Part shown: one piece after another, positions 35,693 through 46,411 of the stretch
How the letters are laid out: every line of letters begins with the position of its first letter
Position numbering within the stretch: the first letter of the stretch is position 1
Assembly (NCBI GenBank): GCA_042571515.1
Contig: JBHPHX010000001.1
Location: 9,508 to 73,507 of the forward strand
Length of the DNA stretch: 64,000 nucleotides
From: Patescibacteria group bacterium
GTDB lineage: Bacteria > Patescibacteriota > WWE3 > UBA101185 > UBA10185
Direction: 5' to 3'
Notes under the pieces: generated by a model
Seen by the model: the letters and a program-made list of their open reading frames with translations, nothing else
Told to the model about the DNA's origin: nothing
Database searches by the model: none
Program-made: the position numbers and the translations under genes

Positions 35693-37261
35693 TCATATCA
35701 TTGGAAGACCACCATCCAAAACCTCCACCAACTCTTCGGGGCTTTCCTGCTTTGAAACCCCCTCTGGTATTACAATATTCATATCTGTAAGCTTGCCGGT
35801 TTCCTTGTTACTAAGGCTTTTTCGGGCTTTTTTCTTCACAAGACAGGACACCCCAAGTGGTACTCCCAACACATCTGAAAAAATCTCTTCAATAATCTTT
35901 CTGTTTTTGATGGATTCAATTCTTTCCTTGTGAAAGTCAAATGGAACTTCAATTTCCAAACTTCCCTCTATCACTTGAACAAGTGCGCTGCTTTTCAAAA
36001 GAGCCATTATAGAATTATTAACTTCTGATGCCCTATTAAGTACCAGTATCCATTTTTCCTTTACCTCATCTACTGACATTTTCACATTTTTTCCAGGTTT
36101 TTTTCTTTCTTCCGTTTTGTCATTGCGACCAGCCTGCGCAGGCAGGGGGCTCCGCTTAGCGGGGGAAGTGGCAATCTTTTTTGGAGCCTTCGGCGACGGG
36201 GCAATCTTCTCAGGTTCCACACTGCTATATTCGGAACCACATAACTCCACAATTGCGAGTTCAAGAGGTAATTGGGTAATAAAAGAGTTCTTTGTCTCAC
36301 TATGAGCCTTCATTATAGTGTCTGTGATTCTAACGGTTTGGGCTGAATTCGTTTCCTTTAGCACAGAATCTAAGCTACGAGGCTCCTCAATGGCGCCTGA
36401 TTGTGCAAAAAGTAATTCTCGCAATATACTTAGAAACCCACCAATCCAGGTATATAAATCCACTCCCTCATTATCTAGTTTTTCAACTACATGTAGTGCC
36501 TCCCTAACATCTTTTCTCACAATGTATTCCAGGAACTCCACGTAATTGAGTCTGGTGCCTAGGTTTGTTAAGGTCTCAACATCCAACCCTCCCTCAATAA
36601 CCTGTTGTAGTATTGTCTCCCCATCTCTAAAACTTCCACTAGCTGCCCGAGCAATGTGCCTTAAACCCTCTTTGCCTAACTCCTGTCCTTCCTCCTTTGC
36701 CATTTTGTCTAGTCTTTTTACTAGCTGTTCAATTGTTGCTCTCTTAAGTTTAAAAACCTGGCATCGAGACTTGATTGTGGCTGGAATTTTGTGGAATTCT
36801 GTTGTGCAGAGTATAAAAGTTGCATGAGCTGGAGGTTCCTCCAAAGTCTTTAGTAGCGCGTTAAAAGCCTCCGTTGTAAGCATGTGCACCTCATCTACAA
36901 TATAAACCTTTTGTTTCCCTCCAGCGGGGGCTAGTTTAATCCTCTCCCTTAAATCCCTAATATCATCTATACCTCGGTTACTGGCGGCGTCAATTTCAAT
37001 AAGATCTAAAAAACTACCTTCCTTTATACCTTTACAGGAAACACACTTTCCACAGGGGTCTCCTTTTTCGCTAACGCTTTTGCAATTTAGAGCTTTGGCT
37101 AAAATTCTTGCTATAGTGGTCTTCCCTATTCCACGTGGACCCACAAGTAAATATGCGTGGGCTGTCTTACCCTTTTTAATTTGAGTAGATAGCGCCTTGG
37201 CTACCTCATTTGGTTGGGCCATCTCACTAAATTTTTGTGGGCGATATCTAGTGTAAAACAT
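35693..37261 (-). CDS. dnaX: DNA polymerase III gamma/tau
   Basis: YRPQKF, GPRGIGKTT, EIDAAS, DEVHML, SRCQ. Confidence 0.97.
   Translation of the reverse strand: MFYTRYRPQKFSEMAQPNEVAKALSTQIKKGKTAHAYLLVGPRGIGKTTIARILAKALNCKSVSEKGDPCGKCVSCKGIKEGSFLDLIEIDAASNRGIDDIRDLRERIKLAPAGGKQKVYIVDEVHMLTTEAFNALLKTLEEPPAHATFILCTTEFHKIPATIKSRCQVFKLKRATIEQLVKRLDKMAKEEGQELGKEGLRHIARAASGSFRDGETILQQVIEGGLDVETLTNLGTRLNYVEFLEYIVRKDVREALHVVEKLDNEGVDLYTWIGGFLSILRELLFAQSGAIEEPRSLDSVLKETNSAQTVRITDTIMKAHSETKNSFITQLPLELAIVELCGSEYSSVEPEKIAPSPKAPKKIATSPAKRSPLPAQAGRNDKTEERKKPGKNVKMSVDEVKEKWILVLNRASEVNNSIMALLKSSALVQVIEGSLEIEVPFDFHKERIESIKNRKIIEEIFSDVLGVPLGVSCLVKKKARKSLSNKETGKLTDMNIVIPEGVSKQESPEELVEVLDGGLPMI
36119..36207. 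repeat. Nested palindromic elements inside the dnaX linker
   Basis: GTCATTGCGA...GTGGCAATCT plus a second GGCAATCT-ended copy; GC-rich. Confidence 0.8.
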
Positions 37262-37298
37262 ACATGCGTAGTATAGGTTTTAAAAACCTAAGTATCCA

Positions 37299-37826
37299 CT
37301 AATTAGGGTTTGTTGAAGCACTAAGATGCTTTGTTACAATAGGCAAAAGTGATTTTATTTTCTCTAACTCTTCATTTGAGAAATTAGTCAGAACCCAATC
37401 ATCAGTTTCAACATTTGGGTTTTGAGATCTACCAATTCCCACCCGTACCCTCCAAAAATCTTTAGTTTTAATACTATCAATGATACTTTCCACACCTTTA
37501 TGTCCAGCAGAACCAGATCCAAATTGCCTTTTAACTACTCCAAAACCCAAATCTACATCATCATGGATGACAATTAGGTCTTGGGGATTAACTTTATAGT
37601 AATTTAGAGCCCTGCTCACACAATCTCCTGACTTATTCATAAAGGTCTGAGGTTTGACATACACATTATTGTAGGGGTCTTTAGAAATTGTACAGACCTC
37701 ACCCACTAACTTATTATTTTGGTGCCATCTCAAGCCTGAAATTTCATCTAGCAGGATGAATCCTAGGTTGTGTCTATTCTTCTTATACTTCTCACCGGGG
37801 TTTCCAAGCCCAACAATAAGTCTCAT
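37299..37826 (-). CDS. pth: Peptidyl-tRNA hydrolase
   Basis: GLGNPG, RHNLGF, KPQTFMN, HDD, GHKG. Confidence 0.97.
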   Translation of the reverse strand: MRLIVGLGNPGEKYKKNRHNLGFILLDEISGLRWHQNNKLVGEVCTISKDPYNNVYVKPQTFMNKSGDCVSRALNYYKVNPQDLIVIHDDVDLGFGVVKRQFGSGSAGHKGVESIIDSIKTKDFWRVRVGIGRSQNPNVETDDWVLTNFSNEELEKIKSLLPIVTKHLSASTNPN

Positions 37827-38083
37827 TCATCCCCCTTGTGATGTACACCAAGTAAATGCAAAACACCGTGCTTTACTAAAGTTGCAATTTCTTCCTCTAA
37901 AGTATTTCCATGGTCACCGGCTTGTCTTGCAGCTTGATCTTTATTTATAATAATGTCTCCCAAGTAATCTTCGTCACTTTCTTCACCAAAAGATAGGACA
38001 TCCGTTACTTCATCCTTGTTGCGATATTTTTTATTTAGTTCTTGGATTTCAGCATCATTGCTGATCTTCACCGAAATATTCAT
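37823..38083 (-). CDS. ybeY: rRNA maturation RNase YbeY (minimal)
   Basis: TDVLSF, LGDI, HGVLHLLGVHH. Confidence 0.92.
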   Translation of the reverse strand: MNISVKISNDAEIQELNKKYRNKDEVTDVLSFGEESDEDYLGDIIINKDQAARQAGDHGNTLEEEIATLVKHGVLHLLGVHHKGDE

Positions 38084-38360
38084 ATAAAATCCCTTCCAGA
38101 ATCTCTTTTTCTGAACTCTCCTTATCAATTAGATCCTGTCTGTCTGCTTTTTCGGCTCCTTCAATGGCATCTACTCTCATTTTGATTTGTTTTTTGATAA
38201 CTTTTCCAATAATTTCATCTGTTAGTTCCTCACCAGAAGGTCTTAGCTCAATTTCTTTATTCTTTATAGCTGCAATCAAAAAACGCAAAACCCCCACCTT
38301 TTCGGCATCCTTTTGCTTAAAATATTCTAATTGTTTTTTCTGTAAGGACTCTAGTATCAC
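38055..38360 (-). CDS. GatB/YqeY-domain protein (short)
   Basis: [18 protein letters not shown]; follows rpsU. Confidence 0.85.
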   Translation of the reverse strand: MILESLQKKQLEYFKQKDAEKVGVLRFLIAAIKNKEIELRPSGEELTDEIIGKVIKKQIKMRVDAIEGAEKADRQDLIDKESSEKEILEGILYEYFGEDQQ

Positions 38361-38548
38361 TTTCTTAGGTTTTCCAAATAAATTTTCCTTGCTAATTCTT
38401 TCTTTTTTAACCTTTTTTGTTCACTTGGTTTTGAATATCTTTCTCTGTCTCTTACCTCTTGTAGTATTCTGGCCCTATATACTTCTCTGTTAAACCTTCG
38501 CAGTGCTTGCTCTAGAGATTCCCCCTTTCGCACTTTGACTTTTGTCAT
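38357..38548 (-). CDS. rpsU: 30S ribosomal protein S21
   Basis: [15 protein letters not shown]. Confidence 0.95.
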   Translation of the reverse strand: MTKVKVRKGESLEQALRRFNREVYRARILQEVRDRERYSKPSEQKRLKKKELARKIYLENLRK

Positions 38549-38707
38549 TATATCAATATGGTTGTTAGCTTAGTACACCTCCAAACAGTGTAAATTTTGT
38601 ACCCCAAATACAGTCCGAGTATATAGGCATTTTTTGTAAATAGCAAATTAGCTTTCTTTGGATTTGGCTAAGAAACGATCAAAAAGTGGATCTTAGGATT
38701 TGTTGTA

Positions 38708-39835
38708 CTAAAGGACTATTCTAAAGATATCTTTTATAGTAATTAGAGCTAGGAGACTTAGGAAAAAAACCAGTCCCCATCTATGTACCGCCGCTTCAAA
38801 CTTTTGATGCACCCTTTTCCCAGTCACCTTTTCAATCATTATAAATAGCAATCTACCACCATCAAGTGCCGGGAGAGGTAAAACATTCAAGAAGGCTAGA
38901 CTAAGAGACATCAAGGCAGTTAGATCTATCAAACTTAGGACTGCGTTAGCTCTATCGTACGTGAGAATAGCGTCCACGATACTATATATGCCTATTGGTC
39001 CTGCAACACCGCTAGAAACTGGTTTTATACTTTTTGTGTCTAGCGAAATTTTAATAAACTCTCCAAAAGTATTGAAGGTATATGCCATCATATTGTACGC
39101 ATGCATAGGACCCGCAGATATAGTTGAGGGGTAAACAATATTAACCGCTTCAGAAAGGTATACGCCCAGCCTGGCCTCTCCTTCACTATTTAAAACAGGA
39201 GTCGTATTTACAACGCGTGAGCCCTCACCACGTAAATCCTGGCTATCTCTCACCAACAAGCTAACTTCCATTTCCTTCTTACCCGACATTGTATTTCTTA
39301 TATCCTCCACACTATAAACGGGGGTGTTATCTATTTCTAAAACAATATCCCCCACTCTCAAACCAGCACCCTCACCATAAGAACCCTCCATAAAATCGGT
39401 TATTACTGTATTAATATAAACGGGCTCTCCAAATTTAAACTTATGGTCAAAAAACACGGGAATGGTCATGCTTTTGTTACCAGTGGAGAAAAAAAATACG
39501 GTATACAAAACCAAACCTAGTAATAGATTCATAGACACCCCAGCCACAATTATACAAGCTCGCCAACCGGTAGATTTGTTTAAAAAACTTTTGGGGTTAT
39601 TTTGAGTATTCTCGTTTTCATCATCTTCCCCATAAAGCTTAACAAAGCCCCCAAACGGCAGGGCGTTAATAGAGTAGGTGGTCTCTCCAATCTTCTTGCT
39701 AAAAAGCCTGGGTGGAATACCCAATCCAAACTCCTCGACCAATACCCCGCTCTTTTTGGCAACGGCAAAGTGGCCAAGTTCGTGCACCAAAATAAGAACA
39801 GATAATATTAGGAGGAATATAAGCAGAGATATCAT
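38708..39835 (-). CDS. rseP: RseP-like M50 site-2 protease with PDZ
   Basis: HELGH, PFGGFV, NVLPLPALDGG. Confidence 0.93.
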   Translation of the reverse strand: MISLLIFLLILSVLILVHELGHFAVAKKSGVLVEEFGLGIPPRLFSKKIGETTYSINALPFGGFVKLYGEDDENENTQNNPKSFLNKSTGWRACIIVAGVSMNLLLGLVLYTVFFFSTGNKSMTIPVFFDHKFKFGEPVYINTVITDFMEGSYGEGAGLRVGDIVLEIDNTPVYSVEDIRNTMSGKKEMEVSLLVRDSQDLRGEGSRVVNTTPVLNSEGEARLGVYLSEAVNIVYPSTISAGPMHAYNMMAYTFNTFGEFIKISLDTKSIKPVSSGVAGPIGIYSIVDAILTYDRANAVLSLIDLTALMSLSLAFLNVLPLPALDGGRLLFIMIEKVTGKRVHQKFEAAVHRWGLVFFLSLLALITIKDIFRIVL

Positions 39836-40380
39836 ACTCGCATTAAATCCTTTTTCTTACTTTCGCTAACTTTTTCAATCTGTTCTACAAATTCCTTTAC
39901 CATTTCTTCAACTCTTTCCTTTTCTGCAAACTTTTTATCGTCACTAATTTCTTTGTCACTATGAAGATTATCAATATCCTTCATGGCCTCTTGTCTTATA
40001 CTTCTCATGGAAACTTTGGTTTCCTCCGCTTTTTGGGATACAAGTTTGGCTAGCTCCACGCGCCTTTCCTCTGTTAGAGCAGGTATGGGAATGCGAACAA
40101 TCCCCGAGTCCTCCACAGGATTGAGACTTAATTTACTTTCCCTAATTGCTTTAGCTATAACATTTGCTAAGTTTTTATCCCAAGGTGTAATCAAGATAGT
40201 CTGAGCGTCTTGCAATGTAATGGACCCAAGTTCCTTGAGCATCATTTTGGACTCGTAAGCTACTACTTCTATATCTTCCACCAAAGATGGGTTAGCCCGA
40301 CCAGTTCTAATTTGGGAAAATTCAGTTTTTAAAAAATCGACTGATTTTGATAATTTATTTTTCAGTTCAGGTATATCCAT
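39832..40380 (-). CDS. frr: Ribosome recycling factor
   Basis: IRTGRANP, PALTEERR. Confidence 0.97.
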   Translation of the reverse strand: MDIPELKNKLSKSVDFLKTEFSQIRTGRANPSLVEDIEVVAYESKMMLKELGSITLQDAQTILITPWDKNLANVIAKAIRESKLSLNPVEDSGIVRIPIPALTEERRVELAKLVSQKAEETKVSMRSIRQEAMKDIDNLHSDKEISDDKKFAEKERVEEMVKEFVEQIEKVSESKKKDLMRV

Positions 40381-40412
40381 CTATATGATTGTACACGAAA
40401 TTGGCAAGGGGC

Positions 40413-40865
40413 CTAATCGCTTATAGAGTATTTAACAAACTTCTTGATCTCTATCTTTTCTCCCAGCTTTGCTGTTACTTCATTAATATAATCCTGCACA
40501 GATTTACTGGGGTCACGCATATATTCAGCCTCTAATAAGTCCTTAAGATTTTTGTAGTCCTCTGTACAAACTTGCATAGCAATTTCACGTACTAACTTTT
40601 GAAAATCCTCAGTTTTGGCTACAAAATCGGTCTCGCAAGCAACTAAAATTAGGCTTCCTAATTTGCCGTTGGTATGAATATAGGAATGAACTAGGCCATC
40701 GCTTGCATTTCTATCAGCTTTTTTTGCAGCCTTTGCACCTGCTTTTGACAAGAAATGTTTTTTGGCCTTATCCAAATCCCAATCAAACTCTTCTAATATT
40801 TTCTTGGCTTCCATGACACCTGCCCCAGTGTCCTCTCTAAGTTGTTTTATCTTTTTTGGATCCAT
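40413..40865 (-). CDS. tsf: Elongation factor Ts (short form)
   Basis: LREDTGAG, CETDFVA, KLGEKI. Confidence 0.95.
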   Translation of the reverse strand: MDPKKIKQLREDTGAGVMEAKKILEEFDWDLDKAKKHFLSKAGAKAAKKADRNASDGLVHSYIHTNGKLGSLILVACETDFVAKTEDFQKLVREIAMQVCTEDYKNLKDLLEAEYMRDPSKSVQDYINEVTAKLGEKIEIKKFVKYSISD

Positions 40866-41595
40866 CTTCTTTTTCTTCCTTTTTCAATTTAGTACCATAA
40901 TCTTCTATCCCGGCTTCAATTGCGTCTGCTATAGTTTTTGTAATAAGGGCAATAGACTTAATTGCATCGTCGTTTCCAGGTATAAGATAATCTATATTTT
41001 CCGGGTTTGTATTAGTATCCGCCAAAGCCACTACAGGAACCTTAGCAGCTTTTGCTTCTAAGACTGCTGTCTTCTCTTTTTTGGCGTCTATAACAAATAA
41101 GGCTTTAGGTAAAACGCTAAGCGTGGAAATTCCTCCAACATATCTTTCTAGTTTTTCAATTTCCCTATCAATTAGTAACCTTTCTTTTTTGGTATACTTC
41201 TCAAGCTCTCCTGCTTCTTTTCTTCTTTTTAACTCAATTAATTTATCAATGTTATTCTTTTTGATAACAGAGTGGTTTGTGATTGTACCGCCGAGCCACC
41301 TTTCCGTAATGTACAAGGCCCCAGACCTTTTTGCCTCTATTTCTATAATATCCCCTGCTTGCTTTTTGGTACCTACAAAGATGATTTTTCCACCCTCCTT
41401 GGCTATCTCATATAAGAAATCTGCTGCCTTTTTGAGCAACTCCTCAGTTTTTTCAAGATCAATAATGTGAATTTTCTTGCGAACGGTGTAAATATATGGC
41501 TCCATGTTTGGGTGCCATCTTTTGGTTTGGTGACCATAATGAACGCCGGCTTCAAACAGTTCTTCAATTTTTGGTACTTTGTATTTTGCTGCCAT
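40837..41595 (-). CDS. rpsB: 30S ribosomal protein S2
   Basis: AGVHYGH, RWLGG, DTN, PGNDDA. Confidence 0.98.
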   Translation of the reverse strand: MAAKYKVPKIEELFEAGVHYGHQTKRWHPNMEPYIYTVRKKIHIIDLEKTEELLKKAADFLYEIAKEGGKIIFVGTKKQAGDIIEIEAKRSGALYITERWLGGTITNHSVIKKNNIDKLIELKRRKEAGELEKYTKKERLLIDREIEKLERYVGGISTLSVLPKALFVIDAKKEKTAVLEAKAAKVPVVALADTNTNPENIDYLIPGNDDAIKSIALITKTIADAIEAGIEDYGTKLKKEEKEDGSKKDKTT

Positions 41596-41648
41596 ACAGG
41601 AGGAATGTATCACAAACTAAAGACCGAGACAACAGTTAGATTGTGGGT

Positions 41649-43781
41649 TTAGTCTTGTTTTTCTTGAAGGGGGTTCTTCCAAGAGGAGTATTCGCAATTG
41701 GGGTATTCGCTACAACCATAAAAGGTTCTGCCCTTGGCCTTTTTAACCACTATTTCGCCTTTTTCACAGTCGGGACACTCCATACCAATCTTTTCCAAGA
41801 AAGGTTTGGTGGTTTTGCAGTCTGGGTAGTTGCTACATGCCAAGAACTTCCCAAATTTACCTCTTTTTAGTACAAAAGTTCCATCTTTACACTCTGTACA
41901 TTTTCCAAAATCTGTTACCTCTTCCCCATTTTCATCTGTCACTTTATCTTCCTCTAATGGTCTTGCAAATTTACATTCCGGATAATTAGAGCAGCTCACA
42001 AACTTCCCATATTTACCCAGTTTAAAGATTAGCTCCTTTTCACAATCGGGGCATTTTTCTCCCACCTCACCCAGATTTGTTACATCATGCTTATTTAGTT
42101 CCCCATCCTTTTTCTCTAACTCTTTTTCAAACGGACCGTAGAAATCCTTTATCATAGGCACCCACTCTCTTTTGGCATGCGCAATCTCATCTAAGTTATT
42201 TTCCATCTCAGCAGTAAATTCATAGCTAACTATCTTTGGAAAGTGCTCCACTAGAAGATCTGTGACTACGTAAGCCACATCCTCGGGTTTGAAGTATCTA
42301 CCCTCACGTACTACGTAACCACGGGCTCTAATAGTAGAAATCGTGGGTGCGTATGTTGAGGGTCTTCCAATACCAAGTTCCTCCAGTTTTTTGATTAGAG
42401 AGGCATCTGAGTACCTTGCTGGAGGTTGGGTAAAGTGTTGACTCATATCTAACTTTTTAAGCTCCACTGACTCATTTTCACTCACTTTTGGTAACTCATT
42501 TAACTTCTCAAGGTCGGAACCTATACCTAACCTCTTCCCTACCTCTAACCACCCCAAAAAGCTGATAACTGAACCGTTCGCCTTGAATTCATACGCATTA
42601 CTGGATTCTATTAAAATAGAGGTCTGATCATAAATTGCTGGAAGCATCTGGCACTCTAGGGACCTTTTATAAATTAGGGCATATATTTTACTTTCAGCTG
42701 CTCCTTTTACACTACTAGGCAATGGATTAAGGCTAGTTGGGCGGATTGCTTCATGCGCCTCTTGTGCACCTTTGGACTTTGTCTTATAAAAAATGGCCTG
42801 ATCGGGAAGAAACTCCTTACCAAATTCTTTGGCAATATAATCTCTGGCTTGGTTTACAAACTGGGGGGACATACTTAAAGAGTCTGTCCTGTGATAAGTA
42901 ATTAATCCCTTCTCAAATAATTTTTGAGCTGCTCTCATAGTGTTTCTTGCAGACATCCCAAAGGTGTTGGCTGCTGTTTGTTGCAAAGTCGAAGTTTTAA
43001 ACGGCGCATAGGGGTTTCTTTTTCTTTGTGTTTGTTTAACCTGAGTTACTTTGTAATTAATACCCTCTTCTTTAAGCTCCGATTTTATCTGATTGGCTTG
43101 TCTTTCATCCTTAATTTCCAATTTCTTACCATCTTTTTTGTTTAAGCTAGCCTCAAATTCTTCCTTTACCTCCGTGCTAAACAGTGCGTTCCCATTCCAA
43201 TATTCGTCTGGCTTGAACTCATCTCTCTCACGTTCCTTTTCTACAATTAGTCTGACCGCAACGCTCTGGACCCTTCCAGCCGATAGCCCATATCTTACTT
43301 TTTTCCAAAGCAGAGGAGAGAGTTTATATCCCACAAGTCTGTCCAACACTCTGCGGGCTTGTTGAGAATCTACTAGATCATCATTTATCTCTCCGGGGTG
43401 TTTAAAAGCTTCTTCAATGGCCCCTTTTGTTAGCTCATGGAATATTACTCGCTCAAAATGAGGCTTGGTACCTTTTTTGGGAGTGAGTAGATATTGTAAA
43501 TGCCAAGCAATAGCTTCCCCCTCTCTATCCAAGTCTGTGGCTAGAACAATGCTTTCGCTTTCTTTGGCGCTTTTTTTGAGTTCCCGCAAAACCTTCTTCC
43601 CTTTGGGACTTACAACGTATTCGGGTTCGAATTCACCTTCTACATCTACGCCTAAGCCGCTTTTTGGGAGGTCACGAATGTGGCCGTTTGAGGCCTTAAC
43701 AACGTAGTTTTTATCTAAAATGTTTGAGAGAGTCTTGGCTTTTGTCGGCGACTCTACTATGACTAGCTTTTTCCCGGGCAT
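41649..43781 (-). CDS. topA: DNA topoisomerase I
   Basis: VESPTKAK, DLDREGE, SAGRVQS, ITYHRTD, C-terminal zinc ribbons. Confidence 0.98.
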   Translation of the reverse strand: MPGKKLVIVESPTKAKTLSNILDKNYVVKASNGHIRDLPKSGLGVDVEGEFEPEYVVSPKGKKVLRELKKSAKESESIVLATDLDREGEAIAWHLQYLLTPKKGTKPHFERVIFHELTKGAIEEAFKHPGEINDDLVDSQQARRVLDRLVGYKLSPLLWKKVRYGLSAGRVQSVAVRLIVEKERERDEFKPDEYWNGNALFSTEVKEEFEASLNKKDGKKLEIKDERQANQIKSELKEEGINYKVTQVKQTQRKRNPYAPFKTSTLQQTAANTFGMSARNTMRAAQKLFEKGLITYHRTDSLSMSPQFVNQARDYIAKEFGKEFLPDQAIFYKTKSKGAQEAHEAIRPTSLNPLPSSVKGAAESKIYALIYKRSLECQMLPAIYDQTSILIESSNAYEFKANGSVISFLGWLEVGKRLGIGSDLEKLNELPKVSENESVELKKLDMSQHFTQPPARYSDASLIKKLEELGIGRPSTYAPTISTIRARGYVVREGRYFKPEDVAYVVTDLLVEHFPKIVSYEFTAEMENNLDEIAHAKREWVPMIKDFYGPFEKELEKKDGELNKHDVTNLGEVGEKCPDCEKELIFKLGKYGKFVSCSNYPECKFARPLEEDKVTDENGEEVTDFGKCTECKDGTFVLKRGKFGKFLACSNYPDCKTTKPFLEKIGMECPDCEKGEIVVKKAKGRTFYGCSEYPNCEYSSWKNPLQEKQD

Positions 43782-43821
43782 ACCCCAACAGGATACATGA
43801 GGTTAAATTTTTGTCAAAAAA

Positions 43822-43842
43822 GCAGGAGCTCTGAGCTTCGTG
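43822..43842. repeat. REP-like palindrome left of the RAYT gene
   Basis: GCAGGAGCTCTGAGCTTCGTG; core repeated at 44570. Confidence 0.65.
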
Positions 43843-43984
43843 GAAACCTGTACCAACCAAATTTCTAGTTTAACTAGAATATTGATCTTCCAACCCTGTG
43901 GTTACAATTCCTATCTTTCAAAATTCCAATCTAACTAGAAACAACTATATATACAAATATCTCCAAGGTACTTATCTTTACATT

Positions 43985-44578
43985 ATGCCTTCGCCAAATG
44001 CTTTAAAAATATATGAACCAGGCGGCATTTACCACGTCTTTAACAGAGGGGTAGATAAAACAAATATATTTTTGAGTGAGGACGATTACAAATATTTCCT
44101 ATATTTACTTGAACGCTACCTTCTACCACCAAACAAATTTAATGCATACAGAGTGAAAAACTATCATAATAGAATTGATCTTCTAGCATATACATTGATG
44201 CCTAACCATTACCACTTATTGATAAAACAAGTAGACACAACAGGCATGCAGGAGTTTGTTCAAAGTCTTTGTTTGTCTTACGCAACGCGCTTCAACAAAA
44301 ATCATAAACGTGTTGGTCATCTATTTCAGGACCGTTATAAAGCTACGAGAATAAAAGATATTCTCAGTTTACTAAGGGTTTCAAAATATATTCATAGGAA
44401 TCCCAGTGAATTGGATGCAGATATATTCAAATATCAGTTTTCGAGCATCAGAAATTATATAGGGTCAACTGAGTTGATAGACAAATATGTGGATTCCTCC
44501 GAGATAATGCAATATCTCGATAACGATAGCAGCCTATATAGAAACTTTATGCAAGAACTGTCCTTGCACGAGCTCTGA
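43985..44578 (+). mobile_element. REP-associated tyrosine (Y1/HUH) transposase, RAYT-like
   Basis: YHVFNRG, LMPNHYHLL (HUH), GHLFQDRYKA, YIHRNP, FSS. Confidence 0.9.
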
Positions 44579-44582
44579 GCTC
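44566..44582. repeat. REP-like palindrome right of the RAYT gene
   Basis: GCACGAGCTCTGAGCTC spanning the stop codon. Confidence 0.65.
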
Positions 44583-46411
44583 TATTCCTCAAACCAAAAA
44601 TCCAACAACTCTCTTGCAATGGGGGCTGCGTCATCCGATCCGGAACCACCGCCCTCTAACAACACTGTCAAAACTATTGGCTTCTCACTTGGAGAAATAT
44701 TAGCCTGATCATTTACCTCCTCATAATATGGAGCAAAAACTGTAAACCATGCATGGGTCCCTATCTCACCATCAGCCATAACATACTCCGCAGTCCCCGT
44801 CTTACCTGCCACAGAAATAGGAAAATTAAATAAAGGATATCCAGTTCCACCTGGCTTTACCGAAGCACTCATACCTTCCCTGATTAGGTCGTAATGACCT
44901 TCCCCCACTAAATGTCTTCCTATAACAATAGGTTCAAACTCCCCTACCCCATCAATGCTTTTCACAATCTGGGGTTTGTACAAATACCCACCATTAGCAA
45001 AATACGTAACCATATTATTAATTTGTAGCGGGGTAACCAAAATATCCCCCTGCCCTATTGCCGAAATATAGTCGTCCCCCAAATACCATTCCCTGTGGGT
45101 TCCGTTTGGCATAAATCCTCCTACCTCGCCTCCTAAATCTATGTCAGTTGTTTTCCCAAATCCAAGTTTTGTGGCCCACTCATGCAACTTCTCTATTCCC
45201 AGCTGCCCTCCCACAAGGTAAAAATAGGTGTCATTACTCACTTGTAGAGCTCTTCTCATATTTACATCTCCGTGTCCGTCAAGTTTCCAGTTTCTAAAAG
45301 TGGAACCTCCAACCTGAATATAGCCTGGATCAAAAATTGATGTATACCTACTCACTACACCTTCCATCAAGCCCGCAGAAGCCGTAACCATCTTAAAAAC
45401 AGATCCAGGTGGGTATACTGCACCAATCGCACGATTGAAAAAAGGGAGTGTTAGATCATTAATAAGGTTCTCTAGATCCGCTTGGCTAATCCCTCCAGAA
45501 ATCTCAGTAGAGCTAAAGGCGGGGTAGCTCACTAGTGCCATCACGCCTCCATTGGTGGGATCTTGTATCACAATTGCCCCACCAATAGCATCTCCCTCGT
45601 TAACACTGTCCCTAAGAAGTTCAAAGGCTTTCTTTTGCAAACCATGGTCTAGATAAGTAAAGATATTTTTTCCAGGCAGAGAATCTTTAACTGTGATTAC
45701 ATCTTCAGCTGTCTCAGTGGAATTAATCTGCACAACTTTAACTCCAGGCATCCCCGCAACATACTCATTGTAAAACCTTTCCAAACCTGCTTTTCCCACA
45801 ATGGTATTTTCCCCCAAACCTACATAACCAATCACGTGAGCAAACTCCTTATCAAACAGGTAGTCTCTACTGGGGAAAACCACTACAGATACCCCCGGTA
45901 ACTCTGAGATATGGGCCTCAAGGACTAAGATTTCCTTCTGGGTCAGGTCAATAGCCAACAAAATATTAGTTTTCCTAGCGTTAAGAGCGTCTTGAATTCT
46001 GGGCATATCCAACTCTACAAACTCTTGTACTTTTTCTAGGGTCTTGGGGCAAATATCATTTACTCTACCTAAGTTACAAACCAGTGTGTTTAGCTCTAGG
46101 GCAAATCTGGGCTTATTTCGAACTAGAAGCTTATCATTTCTATCAAAAATAAGTCCCCTTTCTGACAAAATAGATATTTCTCTTATCCTATTACTGTTGG
46201 CAAGATTAAGGTACTTGTCTTGTTGGGTAATTTGAACTTTCACAAGTCTCCCCACAAAAGCAAACATAATTATTATTACCACTCCCAAATACAAATAAGC
46301 TACCCACGCTGTGGAATCTGTTCTTAACCCCTTGGGATCACTACTTCTATTTTTCCTAGGAACTTTTTTGGGGGTGAATTTATTTATTTCATCAAAAAGT
46401 GCCCAGTTCAT
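44582..46411 (-). CDS. mrdA: Penicillin-binding protein 2
   Basis: PGSVFK (SxxK), SND, KTGT; after mreBCD. Confidence 0.93.
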   Translation of the reverse strand: MNWALFDEINKFTPKKVPRKNRSSDPKGLRTDSTAWVAYLYLGVVIIIMFAFVGRLVKVQITQQDKYLNLANSNRIREISILSERGLIFDRNDKLLVRNKPRFALELNTLVCNLGRVNDICPKTLEKVQEFVELDMPRIQDALNARKTNILLAIDLTQKEILVLEAHISELPGVSVVVFPSRDYLFDKEFAHVIGYVGLGENTIVGKAGLERFYNEYVAGMPGVKVVQINSTETAEDVITVKDSLPGKNIFTYLDHGLQKKAFELLRDSVNEGDAIGGAIVIQDPTNGGVMALVSYPAFSSTEISGGISQADLENLINDLTLPFFNRAIGAVYPPGSVFKMVTASAGLMEGVVSRYTSIFDPGYIQVGGSTFRNWKLDGHGDVNMRRALQVSNDTYFYLVGGQLGIEKLHEWATKLGFGKTTDIDLGGEVGGFMPNGTHREWYLGDDYISAIGQGDILVTPLQINNMVTYFANGGYLYKPQIVKSIDGVGEFEPIVIGRHLVGEGHYDLIREGMSASVKPGGTGYPLFNFPISVAGKTGTAEYVMADGEIGTHAWFTVFAPYYEEVNDQANISPSEKPIVLTVLLEGGGSGSDDAAPIARELLDFWFEE

